A stretch of DNA of 39,432 nt from Mitosporidium daphniae (lineage: Eukaryota), in the NCBI RefSeq assembly GCF_000760515.2, contig NW_013546412.1:1-39432 (forward strand). Reading direction: 5' to 3'. Under the pieces are notes generated by a model. That model was given only the letters and a program-made list of their open reading frames with translations, had not been told where the DNA came from and made no database searches. Position numbers and translations under genes: made by a program. Positions 10,760 to 19,844 of this stretch are shown here, one piece after another. How positions within the stretch are numbered: position 1 is the first letter of the stretch; each line of letters opens with the position of its first letter.

Positions 10760-12752
10760 ATGACATCCATTCAGAATCTCTCCCTTGCTTCGACATTTTG
10801 CCGGCCTTCCTTGACACTTCAGGGGAGATCTAAACTTGATGAACTGTTGAAAAAGAAATTTTTCTACGCCCCTGCCTTTAGCATATATGGAGGTATTCCT
10901 GTCTGTTTCATTTCCGTTAGGCGTTGCTGGGCTTTATGATTTTGGACCGCCAGGATGTGCCCTTCAGGCCAACATTGTTGATCTTTGGAGGAGACACTTC
11001 GTATTTGAGGAGGAAATGTTAGAAGTTGATACCACCATTCTTACGCCATATGAAGTCTTGAAGTCCTCTGGACACGTTGATAGGTTTTCAGATTGGATGA
11101 CTCGAGACAGTGTCACCGGTGATGTTTATCGGGCAGATCATCTTTTGAAGGCTTGGATCAAAAAGCATGTCATTGAGGCAGCAGATGCCACGCCAGAGGC
11201 CATTGCAGATGCCACTATGGATCTTGCCAAGCTTGATGGATTTTCTCCGGATGAGCTTCAATCGAAATTTGCATCCTATGGTGTGCTTTCTGATCTTGGA
11301 AATTCACTTACTCCCCTTTCACCCTTCAATTTGATGTTTGGGACAGAAATCGGGCCCTCTGGACTTCTCAAGGGATTCATGCGTCCAGAAACCGCTCAAG
11401 GTCAATTCGTAAATTTCAAGCGTCTTCTTGAGGCAAATTCAGATCGAATGCCGTTTGCCTCTGCTCAAATCGGGAAATCGTTTAGAAACGAAATTTCTCC
11501 TCGTTCAGGGCTGCTCCGCGTCAGAGAATTTTTGATGGCCGAAATTGAACATTACGTAAATCCAGAAGCCAAAAATTTCCACCCCAAATTCGAGTCTGTT
11601 TCTTTCCATTCGCTTCCGCTTTTGTCGCGAGAAATGCAGTCTTCCGGATCTGAGCAGGTCTGCATGACACGCGTGGATCATGCAATTGAAAAGGGGATTA
11701 TTGATAATTCGACGCTCGGATACTTTCTTGTGCGAATTTATTTGTTTCTTCTGAAAATCGGACTTCACCCCGACATCATCAGATTCCGTCAGCACCAGTC
11801 CAACGAAATGGCCCATTATGCATCTGACTGCTGGGATGCTGAGCTGCTTACTTCGTATGGCTGGATCGAATGTGTCGGATGTGCTGATCGCGCTGCGTTC
11901 GATCTTACCGTTCATTCTCTCAAGACAAAGGAGAAACTTGTCGTAAGAGAGCGTCTTTCTACTCCCGTTACCGAGCTACGTGTAGTTGCGGAGTTGGATC
12001 GAAAGGCAATTGGAATTACATTTAAAAAAGATGCCAAGCTCATTTGCGATGCTATCGCGCTCGCACAAGAGGATCCCGTATTAATGGAGAAAATTTTGCA
12101 AGAGTCTCTAGATCGCAATAAGGTGGCGGTTCCCCTTGCAGGATGGAATTCTGAACGCTCGTCCGCCTCTTGTCCATCAGATTTTGTTGAGGTTCCTTCT
12201 CAAATGCTGGGTCTTCGAAAGGAGCTGACCACGACACATGTTCGAGAATACACGCCAGCTGTCATCGAGCCGTCCTTTGGAATTGGCAGGATAATCTATG
12301 CGTTGTTGGAACATTGCTACTGGGTTAGGGCTCAAGATGAACAGCGATCAGTTCTTTCTCTTGCCCCGCTTGTTGCGCCAACAAAGGTCCTCATTGCTCC
12401 ATTGCTTTCTCAAAAGTCTTTCGAGGATTTGGTCTCCAATATTGCTCTTCTTTTGAAATCGAAGGGTATTGCCACGCAAGCTGATTGCTCCTCTGCTACC
12501 GTTGGAAAGAAATATGCCCGTGCTGACGAGTTGGGAACGCCGTTTGCAGTTACCATTGATCATCAGACTGTTACGGAGGTTCAGGAAAATATCCCTGCAA
12601 CGGTTACTGTTCGGGAGAGAGACTCGACCACTCAAATCCGCGTTTTTATTAATGATCTTCCAGATCTAATTGAGAATCTTGTGCAAGGCAAGTTGCATTG
12701 GAATAATCAGCTTCTTTCAAAATACGAAGTCGTCCAGTGTTCCAATTGCTGA
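10760..12752 (+). CDS. GRS1: Glycyl-tRNA synthetase (eukaryotic alpha2 type)
   Basis: [24 protein letters not shown] after removing intron 10893-10920; MRPETAQGQF, FRNEISPRSGLLRVREF, VIEPSFGIGRI. Confidence 0.97.
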
Positions 12753-13374
12753 TAAATAAAACTCCTTAGCATCTGTTTACAAATCTCGCAATCGCCGAGC
12801 TATTGCATTATGTGGTTAATTCAACACTGGAGACGTGTCATTTTGCCGCTCAAGTGGTGAAACCCACGGCACACCATTACTTTAAAACTTTGAAAAGGGT
12901 AAAACTTCCATTCAAGTTGCACAGAACTACCGTTTTGCGGTTGAGCCTTTTAAAAACCTACAACTTGTAATTACAAATCGTGTAGAAAATTAAAATCGGC
13001 GCAAATTGCACCCATTGTTAGGGTTATTTGGAAATCTGCACATCCAAAATGGCGCTAATGTGGCTTGCTGCTGGTGTGTCATGAAAACGGTTGATTCTGA
13101 GACTTTTCCTGTGTGGCAGGGAAAGGCGCTTGGAGCGGATTTAATATTTTAACACAATAAACTTGAGGGATTTCAGTCTATTCACATTGTGTCAAGCATT
13201 AAGAGCAACCTAACCCTAAAACCATTGCATCCGTTTTACGGTCTTGAATGGTGATATTTTGAAAATTTACAAAATAAAACAATGCTTGGATTTTATAAAT
13301 TCAATTTGCTTGAATTGCAAATCGCATAGTGGTCAGTGTCGCGCATGTGTTGAAAGTTTTCATTTACTTCCTTC

Positions 13375-14268
13375 ATGTCAAGTACGGCCAAAAGATCACT
13401 TTCCATGAGCATGCTCGCTCGCAGATTCACCCTGGGCATGACAGTTAGCCAGACATCTGGTGCTGGTGCCATTTCTATTGCATTTGCCAATCCATCTTCT
13501 TCTCAAATATCTGTCCAAAGGAGATTTGCCAGCGGCATGACCACATCTGGCGGTTCTTCAGCTTCTCGTGCAGCTGGTGCAATGAAAAACACTCCAGAAA
13601 AGGCCCTCAAAGCCGCTATTGAGTCTGAGTTAAAGTACGAGAAGGAAATGACTGAAACGGACCCCATTGAGGTACCTTCCGAGGTTATAGAACATTTCAA
13701 AGCTCACGGTTTGACCATCTCGAAAGACAATACCGGTGATGCATTGGTGGTTCTCTCTGGTGAGAAAAATGGAACAAAGCTTTCCCTGGCCTTTGATGTG
13801 CGCCAAGTTTATCTCAACGAGCTTGGGGATGACGACGATCAAGAGACAATGGATAACGAGGAAAGTAACGAAGAAGAGCAAGAAGATGACCAAGAAGGCG
13901 ACGAAATAGAGGCAGATGAGGATGCAGACATGATGGACGAGGGTTTAGAGCCCGTTGCAGCCAAGCTTGTTCTTACTAGGGGCAATTCATCGCTCTCCTT
14001 TGAAATCAGTCTCTCTTCAGAAGGTGTCGAAGTTCACTCCATGCATACCGGCGCTCTGCCATTGAATGCAGAGCTCTATACATCCGATGTATTCACAGGC
14101 CCCAACTATGTAGACCTTTCCACAGACCTGCAAGAAGCCGTTAGCGGCTATTTGGAGACGTTTGGCATCACAGGAGAGCTTGCGGATGTGCTCAGATCGT
14201 ACATGGATGTCAAAGAACGCAAGGAATATGTCGCGTGGCTCTCCACGGTCCGTGACTTTTTCAAGTAG
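13375..14268 (+). CDS. MAM33: Mitochondrial acidic matrix protein (MAM33/C1QBP family)
   Basis: Basic Ser/Arg-rich presequence, ESELKYE, acidic loop, GPNYVDLSTDLQEAV, ERKEYVAWLSTVRDFF. Confidence 0.9.
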   Translation: MSSTAKRSLSMSMLARRFTLGMTVSQTSGAGAISIAFANPSSSQISVQRRFASGMTTSGGSSASRAAGAMKNTPEKALKAAIESELKYEKEMTETDPIEVPSEVIEHFKAHGLTISKDNTGDALVVLSGEKNGTKLSLAFDVRQVYLNELGDDDDQETMDNEESNEEEQEDDQEGDEIEADEDADMMDEGLEPVAAKLVLTRGNSSLSFEISLSSEGVEVHSMHTGALPLNAELYTSDVFTGPNYVDLSTDLQEAVSGYLETFGITGELADVLRSYMDVKERKEYVAWLSTVRDFFK

Positions 14269-14333
14269 ATCACCCACTAAATTAATTGAAAACAAATAAA
14301 TGCACTTGACGAACACTTTGGGGATGTTAAGAT

Positions 14334-14929
14334 TTAATTAGCTTTTGGCTTGGCCTTGGAGGCGAGCTTTGCCAAGCGGTCCTTGTCAAGGTGAAGCTTG
14401 GTGATAACAAGATTCGATGGGTGGATGCCGATTGGGACTGTGGCGCCTTGAACCTTTTCGCGAGAGATACGCTCAATGTTGACGACAAACTTTTTGCGAT
14501 AGACGGCTGTGATTTTGCCCTCTCTGCCCTTGAATTTTCCGCTCGCAATGAGCACTTCATCGTCTTTCCTGATGGGCATGGATCTAACCAGATACTTCTG
14601 GCGCAGCTCCTTGGAGAGAGCAGAGCTCATCAGCTTTTGGCGTAGATGAGAGGGAGCAGTGAAGTGGGCCTTACGGCACTTTCTGCGCGATGAAGTCACC
14701 TCTATTTGTAAGATTAAGAAAGAAAAAAGGGGATCCGAAAAATAGAACTAAAATATAGGCCGATCAATATCAAAGAATTGGGGAAAATCAAGGGAAAGTG
14801 TAGGGAAACCCATCGGGAGAACATATGTCAAACATATCAAGGCTAACCCATGATACAGAGAACAAATATCACCCCCCTGAAGGACAGATGAAATACAAGG
14901 ACGGCAAACTAACCTGGATTCAGCTTCAT
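14334..14929 (-). CDS. RPL26: 60S ribosomal protein L26 (uL24)
   Basis: Exon 1 ATGAAGCTGAATCCAG (14929-14914); 212-nt intron 14702-14913 (GTTAGT...TAG); exon 2 [19 protein letters not shown]...[11 protein letters not shown]...GIHPSN. Confidence 0.96.
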
Positions 14930-14979
14930 ATTAGCGTATGTAAATTAAATTTCGAATTTATGAAATTTAAATTTTACAA
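14930..14979. promoter_or_regulatory. 50-nt bidirectional promoter / 5' leader region with AAATT(T) tracts
   Basis: TAAATTAAATTTCGAATTTATGAAATTTAAATTTT lies between the divergent ATGs of RPL26 and the CWC27-like gene; similar tracts precede most genes. Confidence 0.7.
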
Positions 14980-15690
14980 ATGTCAGTTCCTACTGACCAA
15001 GTCAGGGAGCGCATCGCTCAGGCGAAGGCTCGCCTTAAACAACAGATTGCCCAACAGCGCGCCAATCAATTACAACTTTCAGAAGAAACTCCTGAAAAAC
15101 CGGGAAGCTCATTTCTTCCTACTTTGCATATAGAAGAGCAGTCCGCATCGGAACTACCTGCTCAGCAAGATTCGTCTTTTTCGAAGTCTGCAATGCATTC
15201 GAGTGGCCGGAAAACAATGCCTGCTTGGAGAATGGCACAAATCGACGAGATTTCCAAAAGGAGATCGGGGATCAGTGTTGGAGCCTGCAGATCGGCCTCG
15301 GATAGCATTAACACAAAAACGCAGGTACTCCTCGATCGGTTTCGCTCCTCTCTCAAAAAGACAACAGCCCCGGTGGAAATTTCCGAAGATACCAATGGCG
15401 CCAGAAATTTTATTGAAAAAACGGCAGCCAGTGATGGCATTCTGGATGAATCTCGGGCTCCATGCGCTCTGCATTTTGTTTCTGGATGCAAATCTTGCGC
15501 CGCTGCATCGCCAACTACAGAGAACGTTACACAGGCAGAGGCCGAACATGGTTGGCAATCGCATCTTCTCTTTTTCGAAAAAGAAGCCGGTGAGCGCCAG
15601 TTAAAGACAGACGCAGAGAACCTGCTTGTAATCGATCCGCGAGAGCGGATGGCTACCTTACAGCCAGTTTCAAAGCGAACTCGAAAGTAG
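14980..15690 (+). CDS. CWC27: CWC27 C-terminal-region homologue lacking the cyclophilin domain
   Basis: Ordered motifs TQVLLDRFRSSL, CALHFVSGCKSC, WQSHLLFFEK and LLVIDPRER resemble the recalled C-terminus of fungal Cwc27. Confidence 0.7.
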   Translation: MSVPTDQVRERIAQAKARLKQQIAQQRANQLQLSEETPEKPGSSFLPTLHIEEQSASELPAQQDSSFSKSAMHSSGRKTMPAWRMAQIDEISKRRSGISVGACRSASDSINTKTQVLLDRFRSSLKKTTAPVEISEDTNGARNFIEKTAASDGILDESRAPCALHFVSGCKSCAAASPTTENVTQAEAEHGWQSHLLFFEKEAGERQLKTDAENLLVIDPRERMATLQPVSKRTRK

Positions 15691-15848
15691 CTTTTCGGCG
15701 CGTCCATAGTAAAAAGTTCTGCTTTTGAACCGATTTCGACACATCAACAAAGAGGCATTTTCAAGCCGTTTGCTTACAACGCCTTCTGCAATGGAACATT
15801 TGAGAGATGCATCCCCGTTTGGTAGAAAGTCTTTTGAATAAATTTAAT

Positions 15849-16206
15849 TTATTTGTTTTTGCCTTCGAGAAGCACTCGAGCCTCGTTGATCTTTGAAGCA
15901 ACATAGGGAGAGCCTCCGCGGTCCGGATGATTTGCCATTAATACGCGCCTATATGCGTCTTTTATCCGCTCGTGGGAATCATACTCCCTACGTGGTAAGG
16001 GCATAGTGGTACCGAACGCCAAGGATGAGCGAGGCCTCCCTTCGCGTCATGACGGGAGCGAATCCGCCTTGATGGTAGTGGATGAACGGGGATGTTCCTG
16101 TCAGCTGTGAAATTTTATTCATGTTGCGCCAGGCGCGCAGCAGCCCCCGTGCAGCCAGCGAGCCCCCGACTAGCGCTACGCCGCTAATGAGCAGCAGCGA
16201 CGTCAT
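15849..16206 (-). CDS. PAM18: Mitochondrial import motor J-protein Pam18/Tim14
   Basis: [19 protein letters not shown], intron 15988-16012, then [26 protein letters not shown]. Confidence 0.95.
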
Positions 16207-16263
16207 TAAGAATTAAAATTTAATTTTGCTAAATTTGAGCCCAATTTAATCAAACAGCAATTT

Positions 16264-17151
16264 ATGCAATCCAATCCGGTCATTGAGGATGAAATGGCGC
16301 TCGATGGCGCTATTTCTGCACACAAAACGCCACAGATTGGCTTCACAATGGAAGCCGCCCCACAAAAAGAGGACCTGCCCCAAATTGACGTTAATCAGCA
16401 CTCTGCATTTTCGATGGATACCGATCGGCAATCCACAGATGGAGGCTTTGATACTTGCAGGGAAGAAACCGATTTATTTGAGCGTCTGTTCACAGTTTTT
16501 GAACGGTTTTGCCGTTTCGGAGTACCATCTGGCCAATTGTCTGCTGCAGGTGTGCCTTTGATGGATGGGTCACGATACGTAAAAATTTTCCGTGATGCGG
16601 GCATCCTCGGGGGTAATCATGGGCTTTCCGGACGACGGGCAACGTCTACAGATTGTGACATTGTTTTCAACTCGATCAGGCGCATCAATGAGCGCAAAAT
16701 CAACTTTGACCAGTTCGTGGCAAGCATTGATGCTTTGGCAGCGCGTATCGGCACTGAAGTCGCACCGTTGCTACAACTGGTGGCAGCCTCCACAGGCCCA
16801 ACTCTGATGGGTACAACGACACCCCATGCACCAGCATTAGCTACTGGACAGAGACTTTCCCTTGCAGAACGATCGCAACTAGCGACCGAAAGGTCCATGC
16901 TGGCCATTGAAAGATCGACGATTCCCACGGCTCGACACTCGATTGGGTCCCCATATAAACATCAAAGGGCTGAGGTGAACCGTTCGCCGAGATACTCCTT
17001 ACGCTCGCAGCCTAACACCGAAAAAATGGTAAGATATATTTTTTGACCCTAGCCGGATGTTTTTGAAAGGCTCTGTGACATCAGCACATTTACAGGCACA
17101 CAGAAGCAGAAGATGAGCGAACTCCGTGTTTTCCGCCCCTCTGCTCAATAA
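16264..17151 (+). CDS. p25-alpha domain (TPPP-like) protein, 287 aa
   Basis: FERFCRFG, MDGSRYVKIFRDAGI, TSTDCDIVFNSI and KINFDQFVASI. After 24-nt intron 17029-17052: VFERLCDISTFTGTQK, similar to the TPPP RLTDxxxYTGxHK motif. Confidence 0.85.
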
Positions 17152-17172
17152 AAAATTGAAAAATCCAAGCAT

Positions 17173-17219
17173 AGTGGAGAGGCAGCTAGTTCAAATGGAA
17201 AGGCAGCTAGTTCAAGTGG
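17173..17219. repeat. 21-bp tandem duplication between convergent genes
   Basis: AGGCAGCTAGTTCAA at 17180 and 17201. Confidence 0.8.
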
Positions 17220-17309
17220 GGTAGGTGTCCTCGGGAGAAGGGTTGATATCAATACCTTGAGTTTCAGTGATGTCCTTTCTTGTGGGAGAGAAAATAGATC
17301 CATAAACCA

Positions 17310-18898
17310 CTAGAAGAGGATATTCCAATTGTCAAGTAATCCGCGGTTGCGCAGCAGCAACATACTCAGTAGCGAAAGGATCAGCATGATCACCAATGTG
17401 CAGTAGAAAGGTGTTGCCGAGTAGTTGTAGTGGTAAAGAAACGAAAGCGGCGGCAACGCCACAGGATCTGCATAAACCCACGGCAGAGGAATGTTCATGC
17501 TAAAAAGAGCGCTAATGATGGATATCGGCATCGAGATAAAAGTGATAACTGTCAATTTTTTAAGCAAGGCGTCTCTGTAGGAGCACGATGCAATCAACGC
17601 TAGTTCTGCAACCTGGCAATGCTCTTCAAGAGCGCAGTTCAAGTTCATCTCAATAGCAGCAAGCTGCTCTAAAGCGTCGGGAAGGCAGGCGTCACTACGC
17701 TCGACACCAAGACCCGCGAAAAGTTCAAAATGCGGGACAAGGTATCTGCGCAAATGAGCAAGCTTACGTCGTTGCAGCCAGAATTCTCCGAGCGAGGGTG
17801 CCTTCTGTTGATGTTTTTAGGGTTAGGGTTAGATCTGGTTCCAAACCGGATCCTAGTGATGGAGGCAAGTTTGGACTCTTCGAACCGATCGAGGAATAGC
17901 TCGGTTTCTTTTTGAAAAAGAGAAAAATAAGTGGCGGCCAGACGTTCAAAACAGACGTGATAAAGCAGAGCGACTATTTGAGGATAGGCCACTACGTCTC
18001 CAGAAAACGCTCTAGGAAGAGCCACACGCCATACGTTATAGGAGCCATCGATGCTGTCCTGAGATAAGCTTTTTTGATGGCCCTTATGTTGAGTATTCAC
18101 GCAATTCTGCTGCTGATAATCCATATGGTGTTGATGGCTCGCACTTAGATTGTCTACAGGCATATTTTGAATGCGTACGGAAAGTGTGCCATGATGGTTT
18201 CTGCTGATGGCATCGAAAAAACTGCCACAGTATGATAGGGCAGAAAGGCGAAGGGTGATGAGCGAGTCTCCCAATGCAATTGCACATATGTTGAGCCGGT
18301 GGTCCGTAAGCTTCCTCGTTGCCACGCTATGGGCTTCAGAGGGCAAAGGCGCATATAGTGAAAATGAACTCTGATCCTCAATAGGAGTAAGACGTGGGCG
18401 ATCCTTTGCATCTAGTTGTGCAGCCACCCCGGAATAGTATGTAGTCAAAGGAGTAGCGTCAAATGCAATTGCAAGAATCACAATATACCGAGGATTGTGA
18501 ATAATTTTTGGTAGTGAGTGACTGATCATGGGGGTTGTCATATGGGAAATGATTCTTGCAATAGTCTCGGTCTCCAGGTCAAATAGCTGCTGCAGGTAGG
18601 AAATATCGTCAAGTGTCGGCTTGGCCACATCCAACCAAAAGCATCGGGAAGGATCATAATGCGGTCGAAAAAAATCTGCAAGTGCATCACCTGTGATTCC
18701 AGACTGAAGAAACTGGTTCATCGTCCACAAAGAGTGCTTAAAGAGGGGATCAAATTTCTGGCGATTGTAGTTCAATGGGGAAAATATGCCATATGGCGGT
18801 ACGCGCTCCGCGCGCAAATTGTTGTCTTGGTTGCTGAGGCTATCCCTTAGACTGCTATGCATTGCAGGGTGTGGGGAGCAACGCTTCCGCATCGGCAT
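17310..18898 (-). CDS. CorA-family divalent cation transporter with an apparent frameshift near 17815 (possible pseudogene or sequence error)
   Basis: FWLDVAKPT...LQQLFDL in the upstream frame. QRRKLAHLRRYL, KKLTVITFISMPISIISALFSMN and a second TM helix in the downstream frame. Confidence 0.8.
17817..17832 (+). repeat. Short interstitial telomere-type repeat
   Basis: TTAGGGTTAGGGTTAG. Confidence 0.7.
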
Positions 18899-18955
18899 GA
18901 TGGAATTGAAACAGACTGCCAATTAAATTAAACTTCAAAAATAAAAAAATTATTT

Positions 18956-19668
18956 ATGAGCTCGGCTATTATCCAGGATCTGGTCAGCTCGGCGCGGCTA
19001 GTGCGCGAAGATGCACATTCACGCGTGCTTTGTTGGATGGCAGAAAAGCCCTCTCATGCTCTTTCTTTTGAATCGATGTTAAAGCTGTGGCGCGCACTTC
19101 TTCGCTCACTATGGATGACAGATACCCCTGAGCGGCAGGAGGTGCTTACAGACATTCTTTCGCGATCGGCCATTGATACATTGGGAGGCCCCGAAAGCGC
19201 ATCTGCACGTTTGTATGGTGATTCATTTTGGAACTCCATCGCCGCTGAATGGGAAGCCTTGGATAGCTTTCGATTGGATAAATTTTATCTTCTGATGCGA
19301 AAGCTCGCCCCTTTGACGCTAAATGCAGCACTACGATTGGTAGAGCATGGCCGCGTTGACGGAAAAATGGTTCCCGCATCCATAATTTTGTTTATCATTG
19401 ACAATCTGCTCTCTTTTTCTGACCGCTGTGATCCCCTGCTGGCTCCGTTTGTAAAATTGTATCTAACAACAAAAAACGAGATCATCGCTTTGAGGATAAA
19501 AGAGAATATCCTCAATACTCTGCAGAACACCAGCCAGGCTCTTCCCCGTCTTTGTCACGAGATCGCCAAGTCAGACATTTCAGGGTACCATGACGTTATT
19601 AATGTATTAGGAGTAGCAAACGCAGGAAGGTGCTTTTTCAAATCGCAACCCTAATTAATACCCAATAA
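18956..19668 (+). CDS. RRP1: Nop52/Rrp1 ribosome-biogenesis protein
   Basis: MLKLWRALLRSLWMTDTPERQE and EWEALDSFRLDKFYLLMR. Probable terminal intron 19585-19610; otherwise the stop is at 19654. Confidence 0.88.
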
Positions 19669-19674
19669 AATCGT

Positions 19675-19721
19675 CATAAAATTTGCCACGTCAGGCAACA
19701 ATCAGCATAAAATTTGCCACG
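19675..19721. repeat. 16-bp direct repeat, 31-bp period
   Basis: CATAAAATTTGCCACG at 19675 and 19706. Confidence 0.8.
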
Positions 19722-19844
19722 CTTGGTGACAAGCATCATAAGACGATCAGTGTTAATGGGTGTTGTATGGTGATATCAGCAACGTGAAATCCGGCCACTT
19801 GGGTACAGATAGCAGCATGATTTGAATTTTTGATCACCTGCATC

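Noticed and set aside
13045..13054. YY1-like CAAAATGGCG, also at 31998
   Set aside because: Only two copies, and no evidence for a YY1-type factor in this lineage.
13095..13112. RNase MRP/P CR-I-like GAAAAGTCTC on the minus strand
   Set aside because: No convincing complementary CR-V / P4 partner downstream.
19675..19721. Spaced direct repeats as a CRISPR array
   Set aside because: Only two 16-bp copies with a 15-nt spacer, no cas genes, eukaryotic context.
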